A stretch of 64,000 bases of DNA from Cenococcum geophilum (Eukaryota), in the NCBI GenBank assembly GCA_050273025.1, contig CP158635.1, positions 62,001-126,000 on the forward strand, read 5' to 3'. Position numbers and translations under genes: made by a program. Below, piece after piece: positions 28,100 to 42,620 of the stretch (positions are counted from its first letter, which is position 1; every line of letters starts with the position of its first letter). Below the pieces are notes generated by a model. It worked only from the letters and a program-made list of their open reading frames with translations. It did no database searches and was not told the origin of the DNA.

Positions 28100-29270
28100 T
28101 ACAGTACCTATTATAATTAATTTATAACCACCAAAACATTTATAAACCTTTAATCCCGCGTCCCTCGCTAACACTATATCTACCTAGCATAGTAATAATA
28201 TAATTAGATAGTATATATACTATAGAGGAGGCATAGTATAAGTCTATTAGTAAAACTCCTAGGAAGGATAAGCGGATTATATCCGGGTTTAGTATTAGCA
28301 GCGCTCGTTTATATAAGATTAAAGGGGTAGTTAAGGACATTATAAATAAGAGCAATATAATATCTATACGCTTCTAAGACTAAATAAATTACGCCATTTA
28401 AAGTAAGATTATAGCCAAAATCGTTAATTAAATCCTAGAGTCTAGTAACGCTCTAGTTAAATAGACTAAGGAAGTGGCCTAATATCTTCTTACTCGTACT
28501 TAGTTAAATATGCGTAAGAAAGCTAGCTGGGCTAGTGCTAAATCAGGACTTCGGTATAGAGCTACAAATTCTACTATAGGGTACCCTTATATAGAGCCTT
28601 AAAACGTATATTAATCTCTTTTACCTAAATATGTTAATAAATATAACGTTTAGGGTTTTATAATCTATATATATCGAGATCTAGAGAATATACCACGGTT
28701 TATAATTTATACAGACTTAAGTGCTAGTCTACTTTAAACTAACTTAGTAAAAGGGTGGATAAGTCTTTTAAATTTTCCTAAATTTCTTAATATTGCCTAG
28801 GACGCTAGAGTTAATCTAAAGACGGAGGAGTTATAGGTAGATATACTAATAATTATACTAGTTTAGAATGTGGGACTTTTAAAGTATATAATATAATAAA
28901 CGCTTAAAGCCTCTAAGGATATAATTGTTTTTGTAGTTGCGAATATACGCGGTATATAGTAGTAGTCCTTATAGCCTTAAATCTAATACTCTTTAGAGTC
29001 TTAATTATTCACTAGGAGTCCTACTTAAAAGGGTATATTAAAGCGGTCTTAATTAAGCTAAAACATTGATTTTAGGCAGGTAAAATATCCTAGGCGTATT
29101 AACCCTCGTTCTTAGATTACATATTCTAATATACTTCTAACTCCGCCTATTATACTAGTTATTTATAAAGAATATTTTTTATAACTAGAGGAAGCATATT
29201 TAGCGGCAATTTACTATAGCAAATTGCCCTTTAACGCGTGCGCGTTATATTTCATTAGTAAGAGTATTTA
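28100..29270 (+). pseudogene. RIP-degenerate ORF of the Plavaka element, unknown function, divergent from the transposase
   Basis: Readable frame RKDKRIISGF.ISSARL.EIKGVV...WTKEVA.HLLTRT..NMRKKASW after RIP correction; no family recognised. Confidence 0.35.
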
Positions 29271-29573
29271 CCTTAGGCTTATCCACTTTACTTTATACTC
29301 TTTACCTCTACTACCTTAACCAACTCTTGCACGGCGCCTCTACACAACATTAATTAGTTAATTAATTAGTTTAACCGCTAATTGCTGCTTTAAGCTACGA
29401 CTTGCTTCCTAAAACTACGGCAATCTGCCTAGCAGATTAACTCTTATAATTGGTTTATCTTACTTACCTACTTTAGACCTGCACCTTTACTAAACACTAA
29501 CTAGATTCTTCTACTTTTATATAACAACGCTCTACTCCTTCTTTATTCTATCTTAGTATCTTTATATATTATA

Positions 29574-32500
29574 ATAAAGGACTCGGATATTATAAAGGGA
29601 TAGAATATTAATACTTATCGCCTTAAGGAAATTAAGAGATACAATCCTAGATAACACATAAGAGGCCAGGCTTAAAAAATCCACGTTTTATACTCCAAAG
29701 ATAAAGTGCCACGCGATTAGTTTATTTAAAAGATTTCTAGCGACTTACCTAAGAAGGAACGTGCTTTAAACAGCTAGTTTAGATAGGCTATTATTCCTTT
29801 TATGTTATCCTAGAGAACTAATACTACTAAACGGCAAAATAATATAAAGTTAGAACCTAGAAGTTAGAGTTAAACCTAATTTAAACCTATAATAACGCTA
29901 GTATATACATTTGCTTCCAAGCCAATCTCTAAATTACACGGTTTTACATCACTAAATAAGCCGTTCTTACTTAAAAATATAACCTTTTAGTTTTAAAGAA
30001 TAAACCTAATTACCTAAAAGCACTGTAGAGCTTTATATAGTCTATAAATTTTAAAAGGCAATATAGAAACTCTAAGAGTTAAAGAAATTAGTCTCTGGCT
30101 ATTTTAAGAGGTTATAGCATTAGTAGGTTTTATTTTAGACAAGGATAAAATTACCTAGCTTAACGTGGTTACTAATAAAGAGGTTTATATTACCTAGTAA
30201 AGGCTATTATAAGCCGTATTTTAGTAGTATATACTATATAACGGGGGCAGAGTGGAATGTATACTTAAGAGTACGGATTATAAGTTCCTTTAATAATATT
30301 TAGCTATCTATATACTAATAATTGCAGCTAAGCATTTAATTATAAAAGTACCGTACTAATTACTAAATAAGTAGGGTATAAACCCTCCTAGAATTACCGA
30401 TACTCTAACCCACCAGTATTCGCGCACTAAGGCCGCACTTAAGAAACGGTAGAAGATTACGCCTAAGCCGATCTACAAGCACTTAGATATTAAGTTTATT
30501 AATAAAGACAGCGAGAATAAGAGCGATGCTTTACCTATCTTATTAATACGCAGCGGCATTCTAAGTCTACTAAGTCTAAAGAAACGTAATTATAAAAGGG
30601 AGTAACCTACTAGAGGTATTTATGGGTAAACTATAGTAAACCGCGGTAAGCCGCTAGGAATAGCTGTAATAATCCAATTATCTAGCCTATAGATAATCCT
30701 AATAATAATAGAGCACGGTAAGGGTAATTATAATACTCCCTAGAGCAAAACTACTTTATATTCCTAATTAGCTCAGACTCTATATAATAATTTAAACTCT
30801 ATATCCGTAAAAGCTTTCCTTAGTAAAACTATAGAAACTAATGCGATCTAAGATACCTTAGGTAAAAATGCGCTTAAGAATAATATAATCTAAGCTAAGG
30901 AGATATAGGTTATAATGCCTATTGCGTAAAGGTATAAGTATATAGTTATATAAAGTACATCTTAAATTAGACTAATATTAGCTCTTTTTAGATTTTAAGA
31001 GGCCGCTATAACTAAAGCAGGAGGTAAGGTTTAAGTAGTAAATATATAAACGTTCGGCTAAGCTATATAGAGTTCCTAAAAAGGCCGTCTTAATAAAGAA
31101 CCTGGTCCTTATTCCTAGTAATAGGGTTTAAATCTAAAGTTTAAATCATTCCTATACTAGCTGTATAGCGTATCTAAGATATTCCACTAAGAGCGCACGC
31201 AACTAAATAGTGGTGTTTTTGCTAATGGTATAGGAATCAAAAAAATCGTAACCGCGTACTTAACTATTATTCTTAGTTACCACTATACTATAAACCTAGA
31301 CAAAGTAGCCACTAATTAAGCGGCTAGGAATACGAATTAGTATCTATAGAAGGATAACTAAACTAAAGACGCTAAGTGTCCTAGCTAGGACAAGATACCT
31401 TTTCTATACTTATATATAAATTAAAACGCTATATCTATAATATAAAGACAGTATAGTGCAAATTTAGTTATTATAATTCCAAGTATAATTACTAGTTAGA
31501 GAGATAATTATATCTTATTATTTAAGGACTTTACGCTTATAATAAAAGAGTAGACGCTACTACGGTTTATAATGTGCCATAAGACAGAAGATATATCTAA
31601 AGGAATAGCGCGACTAAACCCTTAGGAATAGCTTTAAATGGGGACTTTAGGGGACTAGTTAGATCACGATATAATAAATAATAGTCAGACTTTTATGGGT
31701 AAAAAAAAACGCCCTACTTATAGTTCTTTAACGGCCCCCTATAGAAGTATACAGACCATTATAACTACGCTCTTTAGCAGAATCTTATAGGATAAGTTTT
31801 ATAATAAAAAAAATTAAGAAACTTATATTAACTAATTCCTTTATTCTTAAAAAAAAAGTGGTACCGCTATACCTAAGATTCTTTACCTAGGCTATTTCTA
31901 GCATAGTAATAGAGAATAGTGTTATAGATATATGCTGGTTTATTATAAGCGCCCTTAAAGATATAGATTGGGCAACCGCTTAAGCTAACCTAGTATTTTT
32001 AGAAAATATACGTTTGCGGAAGTTAATAAAATAGCTAAACTATAGACCCAATTTTAAAGCAGGGAAGGAGTAACCCTAAAAGTGCCTTGCAGTTTACGAT
32101 ATATAAAGAATTAGTTAAGGTTAGTGGCCTAATTCCCGTAAATTTTCTTATTCGCCGTAATAGGGATACTATTAACTTTAATAACTAAAAACTAAAAGCT
32201 GTCCCAGGCGAGCTCTAAATTTAATATATAAAGTATAATTATAAAACTAAAGAACTTAAATTCCTATATAGTATAGAAGGTGCAATAGTGTTAGAAATAG
32301 AAGAGGTATTTTAGCAGAAAATAGTCAAATGGAGAGAAGATGGTTCTCCTACTGGGAAAAAACTAGCACAAATGGCCAGCAGCTCCTTAAGCAGCTACTT
32401 TACGTGCTATAATGCAGTAATAACGCCCGGGTTACTTTTATAGAAGGATAGATTTAATAAGGATCTTCCGGATAATAAAAAAAATAAACGTCTAGTCTAA

Positions 32501-33030
32501 TACTATACCAACGCAGTTAAAAATCCTATTAAAAGTATCTTAGATTAGAATAAGGAGGAAATTCTTTATAACGACGCGAAGTTTAAGACACTTTTAGCTA
32601 TCTATAAAGAAATTATAGCAGCACTATATATTAAAGACTATTGTAGCTAAATTTTTATTTATTAGGGCGGTATATATACTAGTAAGTAGTAAAACACTCT
32701 ATCTTTTTACCTCTTAATAATAGCACGCTTAACTAGAACTCTAAGTTAACACTTATTTTAGGCTTTAATTACTAAATATAGTAAGGATGCCGTTGTATGC
32801 CTCCCTAGAGGAACACTACTAAAGTAAAAAGACTATATAATCTATAACTTATAGAAGTAGCTAAACGGACTATAAATTCTCTTATAATTTCTAAAGGCTA
32901 TTACAGAGGGTGTTACTATTAACGGCTTCCTGTATTAAAAGTGGAATTTTAAATAAGCTTAAGTTTAAGAAGAATGTAGATATAAATAGGCTTAGAAATT
33001 TAAAGAAGCAGCTAATGCAAATGTTATAGA
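29574..33030 (+). pseudogene. SNF2-family helicase/ATPase, copy 1, with long N-terminal extension; internally deleted
   Basis: FPYQL, GGVFADGMG.GK (31209-31247), motif Ia LVI.IPS.I..W, RILWDEFH.EKN (31791), WAISG..MENG, FLIRR, HELICc start (KAITEGVT); introns near 30931-30992 and ~32680-32760; motifs V-VI missing. Confidence 0.8.
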
Positions 33031-33161
33031 TTATAGTAGTGATATATTTTTAATCCTTTTAGCGCGGAATTAGGTAATACGCTAGGTAGTTTACTGTAAA
33101 TTCTTTTTTAGTGGAAGAAGTATAACAGACTATTATTTTTAGAATTAGGTAATAGAATGGG

Positions 33162-36100
33162 TGTTATAGCTTAAATAAATGCCTCTAAACCAAAGCTTGA
33201 ACGAATACTGTATTACAAAGATACTAAGCTAAAGAAAAGGAAAAGGGGTTGCTAGGACCGATGTAAACAAATATATAAAGTAAGCCGCTAAGGCGCTAGC
33301 TTTAGGCGGGCTAATTATAAGTCGGCAGAATATGGTAGAATTTAGCAGGTAACGTGCGATAGCGCCGTTATATTACCCCCCTCTTTAAAGAAAGCCTGCC
33401 CTTAGGCTTAGTTAGAAATAGGGTAGTACTAGGCTTATAAACATAGGATTATAAAATATAAGATAAGGAGATAAAGGGGATACGAGTATGTCTAGACTAA
33501 GTATAAAGGGCGATTATAGGCTAAGTGGAAGCACTAGGCTAGAAAGAGTAGCCGCTAAAAGTCTTAGCACGGATTTAACTAATTAGACAACTTTAACCGG
33601 TGGTCAAAGTTCCTAGATATTTAATATTTTACGGTACTGGCAGAAAACGGCAGAATATAGCAGAATTTGGCAGATAGCTGTATTAGGGCTTTAAGGCGTT
33701 TTTATCCCTATATTCTTCTAGTAACTTATTATCTTTATTATACTAGCATTCTATCTATTCGTCTAGGTACTTTAGGGGTTTAGGCGTATTAGAGTATTAG
33801 TTATAGAATTCTTTAAGCTTTTAGGGGCAGCCTATAAAGTTCTACATAGGGTACTAGGTTAGGTTAGGATTATAGCCCTTCTATTAGATACGGTATTTTA
33901 GCGTTCCCTATACTATCTTATAGGCCAGTATTTTATTAACCTTTTATTCGCTGTCACCGTTTACTTAAACTAGTAGGGGAGGCTTATTCTTTTATCTAGG
34001 TAATAGGTTGTTTATAGCTTTCTATAACTTATCCGGTAAGAAGATAGGGTAAACCTTAATTAAATCTAGGAGCTTTATCTTGTATAAGTTGCCTATCTTC
34101 TTAAGAACCTTATACGGTCCTGCTATTTAGTAGTCTAGCTTACGGCTAGGTCGTTCGGTCTTCTAATTCCTTATTATAACCTAGACTATATCGCTAGGGG
34201 TAAAATCGGGCTCTTGACGGTATTTGTTCGCCTGCTGTTCTATTAACCTTTAAGCTTTTTTTAGGTTCTTATAGGCTACTATCTAGGCCTCCTCTAATTA
34301 TTTAGCGTACTATTAGGCCTTAGTATAGGATAGCTTCTCTTATATAGTCTAGGGTTCTTCTAGCCTTTTTTAGTTAAAGCTTATATGGGGTAAGTATTTT
34401 ATTTCTAGCTAAATTAGGGCAAACCCTATGGAGTTATGGGGTAAGGTTGCTTGCACGTAGTTTATTAAGGGTAGTAGTTTAGACTAGTTGTCCTAGAAAT
34501 AGTTAATAAAGGGCCTAAGCCTCTAGTCTAGGTACTAATTTATAATCTCTGTCTAACCGTCTATCTAGGGGTAATAAGCTGTAGAAAGCTTTAGCTTAAT
34601 GCCTAAGATTTAGGTAAACTTATTCTAGAAGGCCGATATAAACTATAGTCTATAATTAGATATAATAGTATCTAGTAGTCCGTAGATTTGGTAGATATAA
34701 TAAACATATAGCCAGGCTACCTCTTTAGCATCAATGTTCTTATAACAGGGAATTAAGAACGGGCGTTTACTAAAGCGGTCGACTATAACTATAACCATAT
34801 TGTATCCGTTACGGTCCCTAAGTAGTTTATAAAAGTTTATAAAGATATACTACTAAGGGCGCTCTAGTATTAGGAGTGGCTTAAGTAGTCCTAGGGTCTT
34901 ATCCTATGGGATTATAGCTCTCTAGCAGTCTTCGCAGTTCTATATATATTAATCGATATCTATAACCATTCTTGGCTAGTAGTAGCGGCAGTTAATGATT
35001 TTACGGGTCTTATTCTTGCTAGGGTGTGCCGTAGAGACTTAGTAATAAGCTTTGCGAATTAGTTCGGTCCGTAAATTATCGACGTTAGGGATTATAAGCC
35101 GCTCCTAGTATAAAAGCAATCCTTCCTCTATCTTAAAATCGGGGTCTCCTTTCACGGCTTATTCGCGGAGGGCCCTTAGGGTATTAGTTATGCGGTTTGC
35201 AGTTAGGAGGCAGTTAATTAGCCCTATTAGCTTATCTAAGGACTCCTCTATTAGTGTTAGCTTGTTTTGCTAGGAGTCTAGCTCCTTAAGGATCCGCGGG
35301 TCAAGCTGTTTTGGATAGAGGAGGGCGCGCATCTAATATTAGGTCTTTAGCTTATCCTAGGGTCCTATATCTTGTTCTCTTTGGGTTAGGGCATTAGCCT
35401 TAGAGTTTTACTTACTAGAATAATATATAATCGTAAAGAAGAATTAAGAGAGTATTTCGGCCTACTAGGCCTATTATTTAGTAAGCTGCTTTATAGTTAT
35501 AAAGTACTCTAGGGCTTTATAATCTATATATATCTTAATCCGGGAATTTGTACCTTTAAGCTCTGCGCGCTATTAGGAAAGTAATTAAATAATAGCTAGA
35601 ATTTCTTTATCGTGTACTTTGTAGTTATACTTAGCTAGGTTTATTATCTTTAAGAAGAAAGCTATAGGGTACTATTCGCTATCTGGATATAACTATAATA
35701 GAATTCCCGCTACGACCCTATTAGAGGCGTCCGTTTCTAGCATTAATTTAAGGTCTAGGTTATAGTAATAAAGGATTAGGGAAGAGATAAGCCGATCCTT
35801 TATCTCTTTAAAGGCTTTTATACAGCTATTATTAAAGATAAAAGGCGTGTCCTTCCTAGTTAGTTATATGAGAGGTTTTACTGTAATTCTGTAGTTATAG
35901 ATAAACCAGTAGTAGAAGTTGCAGAAGCTAAGGAAGGACTAGATTTCTTTTACCATATAAGGGGGCTTCTAGTTACGGATTGCCTCTACCTTCTTAGGGT
36001 TAACCTTAATTCCTTTTATAGTCACGATAAACCTAAGGTATTTTATACGTTTTACCCCAAACTCGCATTTCTTAATATTAACTTGTAAGCCTATGTTCCG

Positions 36101-39100
36101 TAGTCTCTCTAGGACCTTTTTAATATAAACTTAATACTTAAGTTCGTTGTCTAAGTATATAAGAATGTCGTCTAGGTATGCCGTGCAGAATTCGTTAAAG
36201 TAATTAAAAAGAACGTCATTTATATACCTTTGGTACGTAGCCGGTCCGTTTATTAGTCTAAAAGGAAGAACTTTATATTTATAGGAACTATAATAGGTAC
36301 GGAATGTTGTTAAATCTTCGGATATAGGGTCTATCCTAATTTGGTAGAAAGCTTAGCGGATATTAAGTTTGGTAAAGATCTTTACCTAGCTTAGATATAT
36401 AAGGGTCTCGTTAATTAAAGGAATAAGATACCGGTTCTTTTAAGTAATAGCATTTAGCTTTTAATAGTTAATATAAAAACGAAGGCCTTTATTAGGCTTT
36501 TTACGAATAGGATAGGGGAAGTAAAAGGGGCTTAACTTAGCTTAATAAACCCTTTATCTAGGTTATTAATCAAGTACTACTTTATTACTTTTAGCTTATC
36601 CGTTAATTAATAGTAGAGGGGGCTATAGCCTAGCAAGTTATTGGCTTCTAATTAAATCTTATAATTGTATATTTAGTAGGGGGGTAACTTATCTAAGGCC
36701 GCCTTTAAGAATGCATCCTTGTAGTTTATATAAATAGTAGGAAGAAGGCGTTTAACTAGTTCCTTATCGGTTTCCTTAGCTAGCCTTTCCTCTCTATTAT
36801 TAATAATTCGGTTAATCTTATATAGGCTTATTATAAAGACCTTATTGTCCTTCCGGTATATATTAAAGTGGAACGCTATAGCGCTAATTACGGCGATATT
36901 TATAGTAGGGGGGTTACCTAATAATAGGGGCGTATGTAACTTTAGGGACTTCTAGGGTACTAGCGTTATCATTACCCCTTTTAGCTCCTGTTATATTTTT
37001 TAGAGGTTATCCCTTATATCCTATTAATACGTTCTTTTCCATACCGGTTAGATCTGTGCGATTTAGACGTCGTCTATATTACTATCTATCCCGCTTCCGT
37101 ATATAGAGTCCTCTTTAAACGTAGCGCTTTAGGAGAGTATCTTTATCGGTATAGAGTTCTTTCTAGCTTTATAGCGGGCGTCTTCTTAGGTAAAGGCTAG
37201 GTCACGGGCCTAGACATCCTACTAGTAGGTAGGGTCAGCCCTTACGGCTAGTGTCTTGCGGTTAGTTTAAATCTCCTTAATAAAGGAGGGCAACCTTGGT
37301 CTATTCTCCGGCTAAATAAACCATTTTTATTACATATTTAACCAGATATTAAAATAGGACATCTATTTTCGTCTAAGGATTATATTATAAGACCCTAGGT
37401 CTAGGATGCAAAAGGGGATACTATATTGGTGTTATCCGTTAAGAGCGATATGCAACTTTAAGATATAGGTAATAGGCCGACCGGCTTAGCCGTTATAGCC
37501 TTTTACCTAAACAGGCTTTTCTAGTTAGATAGCTTCTACATTTAGAAACTTAGCAATATTATTCATATAGGCAGTATTTATAAAGGCGAAGCTATTTACT
37601 TTAGTGTTAATAAGGGCGGTTATATTAACTCTATATCCATTTTAAGATACTATATATAGAAACGTAAAATACTTTCCACCTATTAATTAACTAAGATTAA
37701 TCTCTTTAAGATCGATAGGGTACCCTAGGGGGGAGTCTTTCCCTAGGGTTTTTCTTTTCCTAACTTATCTAACGTTTCTCCTTCCTCTATCTCCTTAATA
37801 TTACCTATATCTTTTAGCTCCGGGCAGGACAAGGTAAAGTGACCCTACTTATTATAGTTAAAGCACGTAGCCGAGGCAAGGTTAATTAGAGTATTATAGT
37901 AAATACTAGTTAATGGTGTAGTATGTAACTGGTTAGGCAAGGCTTACTAGTATATAGTTATAACCGCCTTTAATAAAAGAGTAGTTATAACTTATCTTCC
38001 TACTCTAGCTCCTATAAGTATAGCTTGCGAGTTCCAATCGTTACGGAGTTACTTCTACTAATTAGGGCGGGCGTCAATCCGCTTTAGTTTTAAGTCTAAT
38101 AATAGGCAACAAGCTATAAGTCTTTTATAGGTTGGTAGGTTATCTAAGGTTATAGCGATCTTTTTTTATAGCTAGATTATTAGCTTATTATATAGGTCTA
38201 ATTAGTAGTTCTTAAGGGGGACCTAGCCTTCTCCTATAAGGTATAAGAATTAAGTCTAGAATTCGGTAAAGGGTTAGTTTAGTTTCATTATTAGGCAATT
38301 ATAGTTATAACAGGCATCCCGTACTTTGTTTGGGTTAACGTAGATAGCCGCTAGGTGCTATATTATCTTATTAATAAATATAAATTAGACAGGGGAGTCG
38401 TCCTTAAACTTGGCTTAAAGGTGCCATTAGGCGTCCCCAGTAGTTCAACTAAAGAGGTAGAGCATTTTAGCTTCTTTAGAAAGGAAATAGTTATAGTTAA
38501 CGCGGAGCTTTCCTTATACTTAAATCCTCTAATTCTTAAAGGTAGGGTCTATCCCGTTAGATAGTAGTAGGGGGTTAAGGAGCTTAACGGACTTTAATTA
38601 CTTTATTATTGTATCTATACTCCCTAGTATATTATATTTAGTAGAGTAAATAAGTCGGCTAGGGCTTTAAGAAGGGAAAGCCGGGCTATTTTATAGGGCC
38701 GTAAGGCTTTCTAGGATCTCTTATAAGGTCTTTTATATATTTCTTACTTTAAGATAATCGGCTTCCTAGCTAGCTATAAGGGCATAAATCTACTCGCGTA
38801 CGTCTATAACGTTATTATTATCTTTAATTTCTAATCCTAATTAGATCTTAGGTTCCTCTTAGGTAAAGGCAGCTCTCTTAAATAAGCTTACTTTAAGTGC
38901 TATTGTTAGCTTCCTAAGGTTTATCGGTATTATATACTTTAGTTTCGATTTCGGGGGTATAGGTCTAGTCCTATTTAGCTTATAAGGTAGGATATTATCT
39001 AGGCCTTCCTAGGCAATATAGAGTTGTTTTAGTGTCTAAGTATAGCGCGTTAATGCGTCGTTGTAGACGAAGTTTCTTTGGGGTAGGATATTATTAAGGC

Positions 39101-39344
39101 CTTCCCAGATAAGGTAGGGAGAGCTTAGTATAATATCACGGCTTAAATAAATGCCTCTGAACCGAAGCTTAAACGAATGCTATATTACGAAGATACTAAG
39201 CTAAAGAGAAGGAAAAGGGGTCGCTAAGACCAATATAAACAAATATATAGGGTAAGCCGCTAAGGCGCTAGCTTTGGGCGGGCTAATTATAGGTCAGTAG
39301 AATATGGCAGAATTTGGCAGGTAATGTGCAATAGCGCCGTTACA
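33162..39344 (-). mobile_element. Full-length Gypsy A family copy (chromovirus), 6183 bp
   Basis: 211-bp LTRs at 33162-33372 and 39134-39344, same family as 15333-15543; TSD atggg/atagg; gag, RT YLDD (~36170), RNase H, integrase, chromodomain; PPT next to the 3' LTR. Confidence 0.93.
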
Positions 39345-39349
39345 ATAGG

Positions 39350-40510
39350 CAGTATTCTGCAGTTTTACAGTTAGTAAAAGGCAAATACTAGATTTTTTTA
39401 TTATAGAATTAAGTAATATACTCGGCGATGTGCCGCAGTTTTACGGCTAATGGAAGGTATATACTAAGTTATTTTTTATAAAACTAGGCAATATATCGGT
39501 AATATACTGCAATTCTTTTATTAATAAGAGAAGTGTACTATTTTGCTATTTAAGGAACCGGGTAATACGCGGGTAATATATTATAGTGCTCCGTTAATAA
39601 AAGAAGCTGCTAGCTTGCGATATGGGAACCAGGTAATATGCGAGCTAATATTTAGAATACTCTACTTATAAGAGTAGCCTATAGCTTACGATATAGAAAA
39701 TAGGTAATATATAATCGGATATATTACAGTGCTCTATTAATAAGAGATATCTGCTAGCTTATAATATAGGAACTAAGTAACGTATAATTAGATATATCGT
39801 AGTGCTCTATTAATAAGTGGCGCCTATTAGTTTACTATTTAAGGATCTAAGTAATACGCTAGGCTATATATTGTGGTGCTCTATTAATATAGTAAGTCTG
39901 CTAGCTTATAATATAGGAACTAGGCAATATACGAGCTAATATATTAAAATAATCTACTAATAGGCGACGACTACTAGCTTGCAATTTAAAGAATTAGGTA
40001 ATATACCTAGCAATATACGGCAACTTCGTACTTAGTAATAGAAGTTTACTAGCTTACCGCTTAAGGAACTAGGTAGTGTGCTAGGCAATATATAGCAATT
40101 TCGCGCTTAGTAATAGAAGTTTGCTAGCTTATTACTTAAAGAACTAGGTAATATACTAGGCAATATATAGCAATTTCGCGCTTAGTAATAGAAGTTTACT
40201 AGCTTACCGCTTAAGGAACTAGGCGGTATGCCAGGCAATATATAGCAATTTCGCGCTTAGTAATAGAAGTTTATTAGCTTACCACTTAAGGAACTAGGCG
40301 ATATGCTAGGCAATATATAGCAATTTCGCGCTTAGTAATAAAAGTTTACTAGCTTACCGCTTAAGGAACTAGGCAATATATAGGCAATATATAGTAATTT
40401 CGCGCTTAGTAATAGAAGTTTATTAGCTTACTGCTTAAGGAACTAGGCGATATACTAGGCAATATAAGGCAATTTCGCGCTTAGTAATTAAAGTCTACTA
40501 GTTTACTTTT
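39350..40510. repeat. 75-bp tandem repeat array downstream of SNF2 copy 1 (starts ~33060, split by the Gypsy insertion)
   Basis: Units start at 40021, 40096, 40171, 40246, 40321, 40395 and 40470 (caatttcgcgcttagtaatagaagtttactagcttaccgcttaaggaactagg...); more diverged units upstream. Confidence 0.9.
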
Positions 40511-40949
40511 TAAGGTAGTAATTATATTGGATTAGAGCTTCTGGCTAAAGTTATAATTAATATAAACTTTAGATCTAACTATTTAATTAGTAAAGCGGAG
40601 TAAATATAAAGTTAATATAGCTCTTAAAGCTTTAAATCTATACCTAATTTAAAATATAGCTAAGGAAAAATAAATTACTAGTAACTCTATGCTTAATATA
40701 AGGCTAATTAGTAACTCCTAAAGCTCTACTACTAACTCGGTGTCTATTAAGGGGTGCATTAGCTATAAAATCTAGAACACCCGCTTATTCTACTGCTGTT
40801 CTCTTTATACTAATATACGGCTTATTCTAGATATATACCCTAATCGCGATACTATAGTCGCGTTTATATACCTTATAATATTATTATCTTAACCTTCTTA
40901 ATTACGATAAGCCTGTTTCCGGGGGGTTTTTATAGAAGGTAGGTAAAGA

Positions 40950-42620
40950 TATAGGAAACACCGATTGTAGAAAGGATGTTAGTTAAGGAGGAGGCTCTAT
41001 TACTATACTAAAGTAGGAAGTCGTAATAGAGGCTTAGTAGTATAGAGGGGCTCTTTTAAATTACTTACTAACGTTAATTACGCATTAATATACAAAGTTA
41101 AATCTAGAGCCTTATTCTGGAGCCTTACTAAATAATTAACTAGATTATAAATTTAAATAAGCTATAGTAGTAGCCGCTACTAATTACAAAACGGGTAATA
41201 CTAAAAGGCGTATAGATTAAACAGTTATAATATAGAGGCGATTTACAACCGAATAGTGAGGAGCTTTAAGCTCTATATCCCTTTGTCTAGTAAAAGAAAC
41301 TTTTTATATTAGGCGCTTTAGACGCTCCTACCTAGGTTAGTATACTGCGGGCACCCTAGCTAGCGTGATTTTATTAGCAAGCCTTACTAAAACGCGTTAA
41401 CTTATAATGCCGATAAAATGCTACGGAAGGCCACTACCTATATATATATATATTTGAGGAAGTTAGGCAAAAAGTCGTAATATATAATATTATAACTATA
41501 GGTTTCTACCCTTCCTTTATTAACCAGCTGCCGATTATATAGGATAATCCTCCATTAAAGTCTTCCCCTGAATTACTACCACCTATCCGCTTTATACGCG
41601 TTCTTAATATTAATAAAGATAAGCTTCCCTTTTAGATCTTACTACTAAATATTATCTATCTATTTATTACCTATTCTCTGCATTAGAACCAATTTCCCCT
41701 TAACTTAACTATATACCAGCCCTTAACCTATTTTTAAAGTAAATGTCGTAATAGTATATATACCAATAAGGAGTTATAGATATCTTACACTAATTGGTTA
41801 TTACAGATAAATAAAAACCCTAGGTATACAGCTACCCTAGCTAAGCGCACTAAGCGTCCCTATATTAAAAAGGCGTTATTAAAGAATAGAGATAGGACTA
41901 CTAAGCTAGCTCTAAAGCCGCGAAAGAAAAAAGCGGCGGATAGTTGCTAAAAAGAGATTAGAGGGTTTCTAATTAAGTAGGAGAATAATAGTAAGGTAGC
42001 TAAAGCTATAAAAATAGCTTAGCTACCTGTTAAGATGCCTCTACTAACCCATTCTGTCCTACTAGCCGCTGGAAATGCCGCTAGACGTGGTCTAGAGAGA
42101 ACTAAGTTAAATAAAAACAGCGCCGCGGAGATGGCTGTTATAGAAACTAGAAAACTATAAAAGAGAGACCTCTTTAATATTATAAGTTAGATGATCAGTT
42201 ATATAAAGGAGGGGTAAAGTATTTTACAGACTACGTCACCCGCTAATTATTAGAATATTAAGAGTTTAAAGACAAAAATTAAGGAACTTTAAAAAGCTAA
42301 GAAGGCTTAAAATATATCAATCGTTAATCTAATCTGGGACGCTTAAGTAATAAAGTAGGACCATCTCTAAGGTTATAAAACTATATTTATAACTAACCAA
42401 AGCGCATAATAATGTAAATTAGAGAAAGGTAATGTTTTAAAAGCTTTTGGTAAAGGACTAGCTTAAGGTTATAAGGGAGGACGTACTATATACGCCAAAT
42501 AAGGTGTATTAAGTGCTATAAGTAGTTAAACGGTTTAACTAGCGGCTGTTTAATATAGAGGATTAATTAAGGGCGGTAGAGGAGGGCTTAAAGGAGGCTA
42601 TAGTAAAGGCTTAATTAGCT
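40950..42620 (+). pseudogene. RIP-degenerate ORF between the two SNF2 modules, unknown function
   Basis: Codon-like stretches (IEAIYNRMVRSFKLHIPLS...ALQTLLP; K/E-rich segment later); no family recognised. Confidence 0.3.

Noticed and set aside
39350..40510. CRISPR array
   Set aside because: Contiguous tandem units without unique spacers, no cas genes, and a fungal context
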